This document shows positions 25,869 to 40,246 of a stretch of 64,000 bases of DNA, one piece after another. The position numbers were made by a program, and so were the translations under genes. How positions within the stretch are numbered: position 1 is the first letter of the stretch; every line of letters begins with the position of its first letter. The notes under the pieces were generated by a model that worked only from the letters and a program-made list of their open reading frames with translations, was not told the DNA's origin and searched no databases. Origin of the DNA: Octopus sinensis (Eukaryota); NCBI RefSeq assembly GCF_006345805.1, contig NC_042998.1, forward strand, positions 118,544,001-118,608,000, given 5' to 3'.

Positions 25869-27019
25869 TGTATATATGTACATATTCATATATATGTATG
25901 TATAGTTTGTATATATATATAGAGAGAGAAATAGATAGATAGATAGATATATAGATATATAGATAGATAGATAGATAGATATATGCACACACACACGCAC
26001 GTAAATATATATACATATATATATATATAAGTGTGTGTGTTTGTAATAGTTAACAGTTACCATGTATGTATTTTTCCAATTCCATTTTTTTTTCTATGTT
26101 CAGAAATCTTCAGACTCTAAAGTAGAAATATCTGATATCTCTGACGTTATTGTGGTTGATTTGTGTGGCAGATAAGCCGCACAAGATACATAAAAGACTG
26201 TATTAGAAATCTGTGTGCAAATATGAGTGTGTAATTATATTTTATTAATATAATTGCGCCCATCGACAAAGTTGAAAATTTACAAATGATTATATCAGTA
26301 AAATTATCGTTGCATTTTGTGTGTGGGTATGATTGTGTCTGTGTGTGTCTGTGTGTGACAGAGAGGATCTATGTGTGCGCGTTCATGTGTGTGCGTGTGT
26401 GTATATTTGTGCATGTGAAGTTTGTTTAGCTGTTATAGCTAGCATTCCAACTTGAGAAAAAATTGTAAAATTAATAAGGAGGCATGCAATACGTGGCTAA
26501 TATGAAAACATTACGGCTGTTATTGGGTGACCTACAATGCTTGGCAGCACTGCGATAGCCTCAATATCAATTTTATTTATTTCATCAGAATTATTGATTT
26601 CTTATGGATGAATGTATTCCTCCAGCTCTCTGATGTTACTTCATTGGGGGGACATGGCCTTTTCAACCTCTTTGAAATTGCTAATGAAAATGCTGTGCTT
26701 GTTCTGCTTGAATATTTCTAGGTTGGTTTCAATTCTGTTATGATTGAGCAAATTTTTTCCAACAACCATTATCTGTTCTTTCTAGTGGTTTGAAGAACTA
26801 CATTATATAGTATATCGTCGTCTTATTGAAATGCTAAATAAATGATTTGAGAAATTTAGCTCAGTAATACACCAGCTCCAGCATTTCATCCTCTGCAGAG
26901 AAAAAGTTGCCGAAAAAAAAAAGCCAAACTCTCTATCTTCAATTTGGCTTTTCTGTCTATCCTCACCTTTCGCCATGAATATTAAGCAAGGACCGAAACA
27001 GAAAGACAGCGACTACAAG

Positions 27020-27420
27020 TGGCCTAAATGGAGGTCCTTCGAAACGTTTCTGAAGTAACGTTACGCGACTGGGTGCGTAGCCGGAGTATGAGGGTATCTT
27101 TCCAGGTCGAGCCTCTATTTCTCTGCATTGAGAGGCTACAACTCCGGTAATATGGACATGAGATTAGGATGTCAGAATAATGAATTGCACACAGCTAGCC
27201 AACATTCAGGAAGCCAATGGGTAGAACATGATCATAGTCTTAGTTGGTCACGCTTCGGAACCTAGCCAGAACGACTGATGATCATAACTTCTGATAAGAC
27301 CCTATGGAAGAGGTGCCTAAGGAGTCAGAAGAATAGCAGCGGTGATGGCTGGCTGGCTGACTGGCTAGATGGATTGATGGATGGATCGATCGATTGATGG
27401 ATGGATGGATGGATGGATAT
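27020..27420 (+). mobile_element. RTE-clade LINE 3' end, degraded
   Basis: EPLFLCIERLQLR*YGHEIRMS resembles the QLRWxGHVxRM motif, followed by a (GGAT)n tail. Confidence 0.6.
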
Positions 27421-28544
27421 CCGATAAGGCATTTCTAGAAGGTCAAGTGACAGAACTCAGCACCTATGTTGGTATGCTGCTTGCCAGGTTAGAAAGAAGA
27501 TCGATTTAGTTTACATGTGCATTTGTTCTGAAATGTGGTAGATCGATGAATTAATCTTTGTACCGCCGTGGGCGATCATTGATATCCTGGATATGTTTGG
27601 TGAGAAAATATTTAACTGTAATATTCGCTCAAGGTCACGCAATTTGGAGAAACGCTTTATCTATATCAAGTTTCAGGCTTATGTAGAGTAAGTAAAGCTG
27701 TTTAACTTCACTTATCCTATTCTCTAAGAAAACTTCTCATCATGCGTTCAAATTTGATGTAATAACATTATATCTTTACACTGTTTCATAAACTTTGTAT
27801 CACTAATATATCAAGTATTCAATATGCTCCTATTTCTCCTCATCATATGTCTAGCCAAAAGAATCATTTTTCTTGTTAAAGTTATATAAAAGTCCTAGTG
27901 TGTCTTTAATTCCATGTGAAATCATATTTTCATATTTCTGTTGATGTCTACCTAAATTCTTAAAGTACAAAATCAAGCTGCAAGGAAGCTATTGCTGGAA
28001 AATTAACGATATCACCTTGAATTTCTCGTGTTTACAAATTTATTTAATTATTTAATTATTTAATTAAACGAATCCATGCTGATCAGCGCCTCATTAATGA
28101 AGTAATAGGTTCTAATAAAGAGATATTGAGGCAAATTTTACGGTTTTCCCAAGTATTTAATAGCAGTGCTCACAGATGCAATTTTCCTATAGACGGAATG
28201 ACAGTCATGTTCACAGTCAGTCATGTATTGTCATAAAGAGGAGACAAACGCCCCAGAGAAATCCTCCATGTTTTACCCCTGCAAAGTTTTTATAGACATC
28301 TGTATATCTTTCTTTAGTTATACAATTATACGTTCAGCACAAAATTAAGAACTTGTACTATTACAATAGACACACTCCATAATGTGTTTAAATTACTCTT
28401 ATATTATTTACCAACAAATTTCCCGTTCATTGTAGGGTCGATATGTTATTATATTTTTCTCCCTTTACATTTCCTTGTATACAAAAGCTTTCTTTAAGTC
28501 TCTTCAAGATATTTACTCTTACGTCACTGCTTATAAATATTTTG

Positions 28545-29209
28545 ATTATGATAATGATGTTGAGGGTTAAGGGGCTGGAGATGAAGAAATGAATGGTAAT
28601 AAAGAGATTGATGATGGTAATAAAGAGGTTTATTATAATGCAAATCCATTACAGTAAAAACATAATTGAAATGTCGTTTATTCAACTATTAACAAAACAT
28701 ACACCTAAGCATTCATCAATCTACTTCACAAAATGCGTCAAGCAATTTCTAAACATAGCTACTCAACTCTAAAATCAGAGTTCTTATGAAGGATCTTATA
28801 ATTATTTTGCGATATAAACTCTCCAGTTGTCCCCGAAAAAATCTGTTATTTTGTTGTTGAAATCATTACACGTACTAGGAAGAAAAAAGGGAAGAATAAA
28901 ACTTTATTACTGGTACTACTACAAACACTACAAAAGCTACAACCAACAGAATCCTCATGAATATCATCGACGTCGTAACCATTTATATCGTATTTCTCAT
29001 CATAATAATCATCACCGCCTTCATCACAAATAAGAACAACACCATCATCATATCCAACATGACCATCTTTTTTATATATAAGTATTGATCTCATCATCAG
29101 CAGGCATCTTTTTTCCATTTACTTCATTTACCGCCATCATCATCAACCTCTTTATTACCATTAATTCCTTCATCTCCAACACCTTGAACCTCAACATCAT
29201 TATCATAAT
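28545..29209. repeat. Inverted repeat pair with ~72-bp arms (28545-28616 and 29138-29209)
   Basis: ATTATGATAATGATGTTGAGG...TGGAGATGAAG...AATGGTAATAAAGAG.TTGATGATG recurs as a reverse complement. Confidence 0.8.
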
Positions 29210-30396
29210 CGCCATCACTATCTTCACCATCACCGTCATTAATACGAGCACTACCAACAATGTTTACTTTTGTATTCTTCAAATCACTAAACAAGATATT
29301 CACCTGAGAAAAGCATCAGATTCATCTTATTCACATATAGTTTCTTTATTTTCAAATTTATATATCTTTGTATCTTTCTTCTTTTAATGTATTTCATCTG
29401 AGTGAGAATACGTTTGTGGTGGGGTGAACAAAGAAAAGTTTATATTGTTGTAAAAGAAAACAAAAATATAAAAAAATTTGGCACTCAGTCCTCGTTTGTT
29501 TTGATAATTGGTTCCGCCATCTGTTTCAGCATTCACTGTTTTTTTCACAAGAAAAGCTTTGATTCCTTCCAAATTTCTGTTACATTTATTTCGATAACAA
29601 TATTATCTCGCACAATCTGAGTACAGTTCCTAAGGCAATATTTCCATAATCCTCTTTCTATATAACATTACAAACAATTTCTTGGCGGCTCCTTAGCTAT
29701 ATAGTGTTGATATTAATGTGTGTTTTTTTTGGTTTTTGGGGGTTTTTTTGGCATTTTTTTTCACGGTACAAAATGTGTTTACTTTGTAAAAGCATTTTGA
29801 TAACTACTACAAACTTCGATTCTATATATTTGTACAACACTAATAATAACAGTGTTGGTTCTGTTAAGTTTATTATTACACAATTAAGTAATATGATATA
29901 ATACTACTATGGGAGTGAAAAAACACAGACTATTGTTAATACTCTACTTCGGGCAAAAGTTTTCTGTGAAATATATGGAATTATTTGTGTATGCTGTGGG
30001 AAGAAGTAGATTCAAATGTTTCCTGGCTGTACCGTCGTGTGATAAAAATGTTGTTTTTCTTGTTTCAGTAATCATATGGGTATAGTTTTTGGAAGAGGTA
30101 CAAAATTATATATTTGCCAAGAGAATTCACTTAACGCCAGTATATTACAGAAGTACGAACACCATAGTACACCCAAATCTTCAAACAGAAAATCCCATGC
30201 TTTTCTTCTTTTGCACAACAAATCCAACTCAGTGTTATAAATTTTAAGACACATTAGTTGGCCCAACTCAGAAAACCTACCATCAATGTCATCTGTCTTA
30301 TTGTTGTTTCGGAATCGTTACTAAGGAATACTACAACAGCACATTTCTATAAAATGATAGGCTACTTAGAAGTAATAAACACAGTATGCAGCATCA

Positions 30397-30458
30397 GTAG
30401 TAGTAGTAATGGTGGTGGTGGTGGTGGTGGTGGTGTCGGTGGTGGTGGCGGCGGCGGC

Positions 30459-30497
<39 letters not shown>

Positions 30498-30572
30498 GGT
30501 AGTGGTGGTGGTGGTAGTGGTGGTGGTGGTGGTGGTGGTAGTAGTAGTAGTAGTAGCAGTAGTAGTAGTAGT
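30397..30572. repeat. (AGT)n/(GGT)n compound microsatellite
   Basis: Direct run. It gives poly-S/G/V ORFs. Confidence 0.95.
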
Positions 30573-32052
30573 CGTTATTTTTGCTGTTAAGGTTTAAGAA
30601 CTAGAAGTGTTGGTAGTGGTAATTACTGTGGCAGTGATATTATGAACGAATATTGAATTGAAACCTCGTGGTTAACAAAGAAGTGGCGAGAATGTTGCGT
30701 GTCACAGTATTTCTCTGCTTTCATGCCAAATTGAATAATTGTTTAAACAATCATAAGATTGCTGAATTAATTACTCAATTATAAAACAGCTTAAATTGGT
30801 ATCGGTTGGATGTATGCTAGTAAACAAATGAGTAACTTCCCTTTGGTTGTAGCAGAAATAAAACTGTTATGACACTTCGTGTACAGTACAGACATATCAA
30901 AACTTAGAATTAAGAACCAACGTTTCGGTTGTATGAAAAAACCAAAAATGCTATTGACTGATAAAGGAATTAATGTGAAGTAAAAAAAAAGTCACTTTGT
31001 CTGCTATTGATACAAAATTTAACTTTGACAAAATCTCTGGTCTCTTCTTCAGACACTTAGCTGTTTAGTGAAACGTTAGTATTATTTTTCATTCTCATAC
31101 GAGGTTTTGCTCAACGGTACATAAATAATGTTATATTGTAAATATATATAATATGTCTCTGAAATATTTTCCATTTGAAGTTAGAATCAATAGCATCTAC
31201 TCTCAAATGCCAGTTTTAATAGAATTATTTGTACATTTCTGTTTTGTTTGTCTCGATGAAGAAGTGCGATTGAAGTATTGCTGTTTCAATTTACTCTCCA
31301 TCGTTACTATATATTATTTACATTCACGGTCAATATTTTTCATTGGGAACGCGATTTTCATTACATACATGATTACTTCAGGTTTGTCGGAGTAGATTCT
31401 TACGGAAATGCACATGTCAAGAACTTATGGGTAATAGGATTTGAGGACCTTAAAAACTGAGGTTGACATGAGTTCATTTTATTATCATATATATTATCAT
31501 TTTATTATACACATATTTGTGTATGTGTGTGTATGTGTGTGCTAAAAGATGTGCATGCGCGTGTGGCCGTGAGGGTGTGCATGTGTGTATATGTGTGCTT
31601 TGTGTGTGTGCGTATGTGTTTCGTATGTGTATGAATGTGCGTGTGTTTGCACGCGCGTGCGGTTGGGTGTGTACATATAAGCACACTTACACACACGTAT
31701 AAGTACAGGTGCGTGTACGCAAATACATCCTTAAAAGCATGTACATATATAGATACATACCCCCCCCCCATATCAACCGCCCCTTTCTACTTCCCTCTAA
31801 CCACTCGACCGATTTCTTGTTCACCACGCGGTCGATTCCCTGTTCACCACGTAGTCAATTTCACCATGCGGTATTGTTGTCGCTGAAATACCATCATCAA
31901 CGTGCTGTACCGCATGACCTTTATCGACCAATCGTTTAGTAACAAACATTGACTCTCTTTAATCGAACTCTAATTCAGAACCCAATGGCCTAAGACTAGC
32001 CACACGCTTGAAACTCAAAGCACTGAGGAGTCTGAATCAAACAGTTTTGATC

Positions 32053-32135
<83 letters not shown>

Positions 32136-32213
32136 TGCGTGTGTGTGTGTCTGTGTGTGTGTGTCTGTGTGTGTGTGTGTATGTGTGTGTGTTATATGTA
32201 AGTATATATGTAT

Positions 32214-32288
<75 letters not shown>

Positions 32289-34379
32289 CACACACAGAAA
32301 TATAATTTGATTTTACATAATTAATGTTTTAATGCAAACATAAAAGATACTTGAGCAGATGTTGCATTTTCATTTCTATTATTCCTTTATATTTCGTCTT
32401 CCCTGACCCTATGCGTTCTTTTCTCACTTCTTGTCATCCTTTTTCTTTTCCTTTATATTAACCTCTCCCATTTTATTTTCTCTCCAGTTAGCCCACCAAT
32501 CTCGGATATAGCAGTTATTTCCGAGAATGCGTCCATCATTTCCTTCTCACGGCTATCTATGCATTCTGTCTTAATTGTGCATGAATCTTTGAGTTACAAA
32601 TTATATTCTGTAACGAACTGCATTAGCTTACAGGTATAAATATTTCCCTAAACATATATGTGAGTGTGTGAGTGTGTGTGTGTGTCTACTCATACAATAT
32701 TCTTTATTTCTTTTGTAAACCAACTGGATGTAAGACATCGTTTAGCTTTTATAAAAGTATTTTTATATAAGAGAAGGAATTACTAGTGCACATATAGCTA
32801 CACCGATGTCCAAACTGAGATAGCAGTATGGACTTAATATCAAGATTAGGAAAAGAATATCTCTGAATAAATTGTGAGTGCCTGTGAAAAGGTACTGGCT
32901 CAGATAGTCAATGCTGCCATCAATTCTGATTAGAGAGAAATTGGCATCTTCTGAAACTTTCATACCAATATCATGAAACGCATAGAAACGTTATGTACGA
33001 GTTCCAACATTTGCAGACATGGGGATGGAATTTTTCATTCATAGGTGTAAATATCGATAACAGGAATATTTGTATCTATCTATTTGTTATATGCAAGTAT
33101 AAAGTCGCATGACCTGGGGATTAGGGTCTCAGACACATGATTATGAGGTCATATGCTGAATTACTGGACTGGGTAGTCGATTGTGTCCTGAAGTAAAACA
33201 TATCATTTCGTGTTGCTCTAATATACACAGGTGTGAACGTGTACCTGCCGAGTGGCAGCAGAGTTCTCTCTACCCTCTGTCTTCACATCTCCAATATCCC
33301 GTTGGGTAGAGGGTGGTGGTCCCGAGAATGTGTCTATTTCTGCTCGCGACCGCATGAGTATTTAAATCATTTAGCGGAAGCATGGTACAAGTCACAATGC
33401 CATGCTTATATATGACATATGGCAAAGCTTTATATATATGCATGTAAGCGATTGTGCAAGAACACACACATATATGCATACACATACGTGTGTGTGTATG
33501 TGTGTGTGTGTGTGCGTGTGTATGTGTGTCTGTGTGTGTGTATGTGTGTCTGTGTGTATGTGTGTTTATATTTGTATGTGTGTCTGAGTGTCAATAATAC
33601 TAATGTCGTATTTGCCATGCTTTACTGTTTCCCTCGTGTGTCTGTTGCAGAATAGAGAGAAATGAATTGTTAGAATGATGTTGTAATAAATTTCATTGTT
33701 TATATATATTATTGTCAGAATTACCATTGACATCTTCAACGTCATGGAAGAAAAACTATCAAAGATAAAAATGCATCAATACGGAAAATGTCGGCCAAAA
33801 GCACATTATTCACATTGCTGGAAAATTTGATCTACATTCATAAGATAAACGAATGCAATACTTCTTTCTGTCTTTCTATTGTTAGCTATGAGAAAATGAA
33901 ATCCATTATTTATCCGTTTTCATATTCGATCTGCTCACACTATACTGTTATATGATTCGAAATATTCAGTTTATTTTTGTCAGCCTTTTTCATCAAATAA
34001 AACAATTCTTCATAAAACATGGCAAATAAATATAGACAGAGTGCAGATAAAATTCCAACTATTTTGTTTTTTTACCTTACACCAATATTAATATAGGCTG
34101 CCGCTGAACAATTTGTATGGTGCAAATGTTTTCAATTCATAATTCATCTCGTTTACTAGAAACAACATTTGCTTTCATTACACACACATACACACATACA
34201 CGCACGCGCGCGCGCGCTCACACACGCACACAAACACACACACATACGCACGCACATGCAAACATGCACATATACACACATACATATGCACGTAATAAAT
34301 ATACATGCACATACATATATACACCTACTTACGTACATACCTACCTGAATACATACCTACATATATGCATATGACGTGA

Positions 34380-34628
34380 GATAAATATAGATAACGGCTT
34401 TGTTATTGAATACATAAACACCAACACAAGGTATGTTGGTGAAACGTACCCAGCGAAACTTCTACGTTCAAACAACAATATTGTTGTTTGGGGCAGACAA
34501 GAAAATATAAGTAACCTCATAGAAGTTAACTGCCCCACTGATGTGAATGTCTCTTCCAAAAACCGAAGGGCAAGAGCATAACTACGGACAACTGATTCGT
34601 AACCTCCTGGCTCTGCATACAGATTATA
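34380..34628 (+). mobile_element. R4/Dong-like RLE endonuclease fragment
   Basis: IVVWGRQENISNLIEVNCPTDVNVSSKTEGQEHNYGQLIRNLLALHTDY aligns with the 12321-12543 peptide. Confidence 0.7.
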
Positions 34629-34630
34629 TA

Positions 34631-34664
<34 letters not shown>

Positions 34665-34665
<1 letters not shown>

Positions 34666-35079
34666 TCTTTTACTCTTTTACTCTTTTACTTGTTTTAGTC
34701 ATTTGACTGCGGACATGCTGGAGCACCGCCTTTAATCGAGCAACTCGACCCCGGGACTTATTCTTTGTAAGCCCAGTACTTATTCTATCGATATCTTTTT
34801 GCCGAACCGCTAAGTAACGGGGACATAAACACACCAGCATCGGTTGTCAAGCAATGCTAGGGGGACAAACACAGACACACAAACATACACACACATACAT
34901 ATATATATACATATATCCGAAAGGCTTCTTTCAGTTTCCGTGTACCAAATCCACTCACAATGCATTGGCCGGCCGAGGCTATAGCAGAAGACACTTGCCC
35001 AACATGCCACGCAGTGGGACTGAACCCGGAACCATGTGGTTGGTAAGCAAGCTACTTACCACACAGCCACTCCTGCGCC
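34665..35079 (-). mobile_element. tRNA-derived SINE family A, full length
   Basis: GGCGCAGGAGTGGCTGTGTGGTAAG (A box)...GGTTCAGTCC (B box), an internal (TA)/(TG) microsatellite and a (GTAAAAGA)n tail. Confidence 0.9.
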
Positions 35080-35725
35080 TATATATAAATAATAGTATAT
35101 GCATTTGATTTTGCAGAGTAAATTGTTAAGTGACAATTTTAATATGTTGGCATTATTCCTAAAAAGAAATCAACCAGCTATCTCGAACATTACAGATATA
35201 AACTGTAAGCGGAAGAGTAAAAATATGCAAGACTGTCCTCAAATTGAAAATGTGAATTTCTGTTGTATACCTTCCAATGATGAAATTTTGTATCCTTCCT
35301 TACAGTGAGATTTCAAATAATTGAAAAATAGAAGACAATACATATATATTAATATCCACTGGCAAGCAACAATCGGGGAAATATTCAATGAAACGTAGAG
35401 CACCGTGATTTATTTAGACTGATCTACTGGTCTGTTACAGAAGCGCTTAGCAAGTTCAGCTCGCCTAGGGAGATAATGCCTCTCTCAGGATAAAGTTGCA
35501 GAAAGTAGTGACACAAATTACAATGAAGATTTTCGGCCCGGGTCGGTAAAAGTGGGTAAAGAGAAAACTGATTTTAAATAGCCGCCGACTCGATCTGACA
35601 TACGTGCACAGACATACACGCGTGCAGATACACTTACCAAAAAACACACGCATACAAACCTTACGCACCAACGCGCATCTGTGTTTACAGGTACGTGTGC
35701 CCTGCAGTGAAAAGGACAAAGCCTC

Positions 35726-35774
<49 letters not shown>

Positions 35775-36192
35775 TACATACACACATACACACACACACA
35801 ATACGCGCGCACACACACAACCATTTCAGAAGCTATAAACACTGAGGGAGACGGCAAAGCAATCTGCTGGTGCCAGAGACGAGGGCACGAGATTAATAAG
35901 ATCTTAAAGATCAACAAAAGAATCAAAAGAATTCTGACAAGCCAACAGCTTGCATGATCAAACGATTGATCAGACAAGTGATTAATTAATTAGTTAATTA
36001 GTTAACTATTAGACGGATGATAATGAAAACAACTGAAACTAAAACTGTGTGCGTATTTCATCGGCAAAATTACCTTCCTTTTTCAGCAATCGTTTTTACT
36101 TGAAAAGTCAAATTAAGCATATAGAGAAGCGATATATATATATATATTTATGTATGTATACATAAGTACATGTATGTATGCTTGTATTCATG

Positions 36193-36239
<47 letters not shown>

Positions 36240-36741
36240 ATGCATGTATGTATGTATGTATTAATCACTTTATACAGACATATATATGTACGTATGTATG
36301 CATGTATCTATGTGTGTATATATATATATATGTATATATATGTGTGTGTGCGTCTGTGTAGTGTCTGTGTGTGCGTGCTTGTGTGTGGGTGGGTGTGTCT
36401 GTGTGTCTGTGTCTGTGTCTGTGCAACTATGTTCATCTATACACACATACATACGTCAATTAATAACGTTGTGCAGTTTTATATCAGTTGCTTGTGACTA
36501 AATGTATGTATCTCACCGGCCTTTTAGAAACAGGCTAAGAAAATAGATGGTTCTATTCGTTACGCATCAAAAAGTGAAGTAGCAGCATACATATTTTTCT
36601 GTTATGGCGCATCGGCTGTACTATCTTTCGGTTTTATTTCTGAAATGAAGACTTCTAAAGTAAGTCAGAGTGATTAATGATTATCTATACATTTTTGTTA
36701 CGCATTTACAGTGATTTATATTTTGCTTAGTGACTCAGTGA

Positions 36742-36900
36742 GGGCTCGTGGCTTAGTAGATAAGGGTGTTGCATTCACGATAAGGAAATTGTGATTTCAC
36801 TTCCCGGACCAGGCTTTATATATTCCGGAATAAAATACTTCATCCACGTTGCACTATGATCACTTCGACATCTGACGTGTGGCACACTGTCATCAGGTGA
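36742..36900 (+). mobile_element. Diverged tRNA-derived SINE head
   Basis: GTGGCTTAGT A-box-like start followed by a B-box remnant and CCGGACC. Confidence 0.45.
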
Positions 36901-37145
36901 TGTCGAGCTAATGAATAGCACAAATATTTGCTCACTATAAGCGGAATTGTCCTCCTCGGTCTCGACAGATTATGAAGGGTATGTGTGATAAGTTCTCTTG
37001 AATGGAAATAAGTCTTTATTAACCTATATGTGTGTGCTTGACGCTTGTACATGTGTGTGTGTGCGCGTGTGTGTGTGTACGTGCGAGTCTGTGTGTGTGC
37101 GCGTGCGTAGGTCTGTGTGCGTGTGTGTGTTTATGTAGCTAGCTA

Positions 37146-37146
37146 A

Positions 37147-37220
<74 letters not shown>

Positions 37221-37365
37221 TTCTTTATTGGCCACGTAGGGCTGAACACAGAAGGGACAAAATACAAGGTAGAGCTTTTCTTTTTGGGAAGAAGAGGAGA
37301 AAAAAGAAAAAAAAAGAAAAAGGGGCGAATTCGGATCAAAAGGGATCGTGAAAAGAAAAAATAGA
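37146..37365 (-). mobile_element. 3' terminus of Tx1-like LINE with (TATC)n tail
   Basis: Homologous to 17511-17630 (GAACACAGA.GGG, CTTTTCTTTT, GATCAAAAGGGATCG), and likewise abuts (GATA)n. Confidence 0.7.
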
Positions 37366-38309
37366 TCTCTGTTGCTGTATTTTCACAAACACCATAGCGA
37401 TTATATAATCGATTCATTTGGTAGTGCATGTACAGGCTCCAACTGCTTCCCTTGTACTATACTGTCATTTTATGATTACAATGCCTTGAGATAGAATGCT
37501 CTATATATCAAGAATCCAAATAAATGTTTCCCATCCTACGTATGCTACTGAAGCGACTACATTTTCTTTACACACACACACAAACACACAAACACTCACA
37601 TTCACAAACACACATTCACACTCATCAACACACACACACACACACGCACACGAGCCAAGAAACCTGAAACATCGATGTCTGGGATTCTTAGTAGATTGCG
37701 AAACCAAACGAACAGGGTCTTTTCACACCTTTTTACTATATGAGAGTTATATTCTCCACGGCAAATGTTGTGTATGTGCACTTTAGCAGTTAAAATGTCA
37801 CCTACATATTTTAACCTAAATTCTGTGTATGTGTGTATGTTTGTGTATACAAATGTGTTGGCGTTCTCTTGCTTTACAGCCGTTTCTTTTATTTTTTCTT
37901 CTTATTTCATCTTTTTGTAATTTTAAGTTCCCCGAGTTTATGTTTGTCACGTTTTGTATTCGTCCCATTCTTTGTGTAGCCCTTTGTGGATAATAAAGAA
38001 ATAGATGTGGAGATGCAAAGAAGAGTTCACATATATAGTACCTCTATCTTTTATCTTTCACTTGTTTCAGTCATTAGACAGCGGCGATGCTGGAGCACTG
38101 CTTTGCATGGTTGAGTCGAAAAAACCGATCCCAGTGTATATTTTTCTAACCCAGGTATTAAATCAGTCTGTATTTTTTTTACCAATTACGTAATTAATAA
38201 TTTCTAATTGGGAATAATCATGAATAGAATTATTTCAAGCTGTTTTTTTTCGTAATTTTCAGCATGATTTAACCTGTAAGTTATTGATTACGATACAGAG
38301 AGAGTGAGG

Positions 38310-38450
<141 letters not shown>

Positions 38451-39221
38451 TATGTATGTGTGAATTTCATTTTAATATCCTTTCATCAAAGTTTAATTGT
38501 ATCTTTGAACGAAATATTCAATAATTTCTCTATTTTCACATGACTAGAGAGAATTACGAATTTTATACTGTCAAGAGTTAGCATTTGAAGTACCTTATAT
38601 TCTTAATAACGGTGATTATACTAAATTTCATAATTCATTGGCTTCATCCGATTAAAGGAGAATTATATAAAATGAAACGTAAAAGTAACCACGTGACATC
38701 CTCTTCAAGTGAAACTTGACATTTGTAAAATGCTAATATCATTTTCGTAAATGAAACTTCTTTGTCATTGATAAATAATATAACACATTCTATTTTTGTT
38801 TGTTTGTTTGTTAGATTTATAGATAATTGCCTTAAATTAGAATCAAAATATTGCTATTCAGAAATTTACTATCATAATTTAGATTATACAATGCGAAAAA
38901 TGGTGTATTTCGGTATTTTTATACACAATCTATAGCTTCTCTTTAATGTGTGATTGTTTGAGAAAAGACTCACGAATAAATAGAGGATTTTTTATTATCA
39001 TCATTTCTTATAACTCAGATTCTGTTGGAATTCCTGGAGTTTGCATAAGTTGCAGATTTGATTCCTGCAGGCAACTGTACCACATATTATTTGTTCTCTT
39101 TAACTAACGTTTTAACAAAAAGATTGTTTCTACAACAAAAGTTTCCTCGAAGTTGTAAAGCTGCTCAGTTTTAAGAATTTATGATATAAATTCAGCGAAT
39201 CTGTTCTGTTCTCCCTGGGAT

Positions 39222-39373
39222 GAGTGGCTGTTTGGTAAGTAGCTAGTTTACCAACCACATGATTCTGGGTTCAGTCCCACTGCGTGGCACCTTGAGCGAG
39301 TGCCTTCTACTATAGACTGGAGCCCACCAAACCCTTGTGGATTTGGTAGGTGGAAACTGAAAGAAGCCCGTCT

Positions 39374-39404
<31 letters not shown>

Positions 39405-39612
39405 ATGTGCGTGTGTGTGCGTGTGTGTATGTTTGTGTGTTTGTGTTTGTCCCCCCCCCCTCAACAGCGCTTGATAACCGATTCGGCAAAAGAAACCGAT
39501 AGAATAAGTACTAGGCTTACAAAAAAATAAGTCCTGGGGTCGATTTGTTCGACTAAAGGCGGTGCTCCAGCTTCGCCGCAGTCAAATGACTGAAACAAAT
39601 AAGAGTAAAAGA
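39222..39612 (+). mobile_element. SINE family A, near full length
   Basis: Colinear with 34665-35079, with internal deletions. Confidence 0.9.
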
Positions 39613-40246
39613 GACTCGCACATTCGTGTGTGTGTGTTTGTTTATGCTTTTGCGTGTGTTTGTGTGTGTGTGTGTCAGTGTGCATGTGCGTACGTGTGGG
39701 GTGGCGTGTGCGCATGTGTGTATGTGGCGTAATAATAAATTGCCTGCATTTGTACCGTAGGAGCTTCTAAATACTTGATTAGCATAACTATAACTGGAAA
39801 CCTTATGAATATGTAGCCTCGCTGATTCTGATATACCTTAATTTTCTCCAAATTTCTACAGCTTTCTACCATATTTTACTGTACTTTGTTTATCTAATCC
39901 CAGAATAGTTAGCACGCTGGGCTAAATACTGAGTGGCATTTCATCCATCTTTACATTGTGAGATCAAACTCAACCGTGGCCGACTTTGATTTTCATCATG
40001 TTGGGACTTATAAAATAAGTTCCAGTTTATTCTCTGTATTTAATTCCACCTTATTTTATTTTAGCCTACTTTATTAAATTATTATTTTTTGTTTATTTAT
40101 CCATATACTTTTAGCTCATTGTCTCTATTGGAAATTATGTAAATATATAGTGTAGATAACTTGTATACTCGTTAAGGCAGTAGGCTAAGTTGGAATCAGT
40201 ATAAATGCGTGAACATTATCTCTGCATATACGTTGTATGCGTAGTA

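Noticed and set aside
30072-30266. 64-aa non-repetitive ORF on the minus strand
   Set aside because: No recognisable domain and no convincing splice sites.
30914-30950. Minus-strand ...AACCGAAACGTTGG hammerhead-like half motif
   Set aside because: No CTGANGA core upstream.
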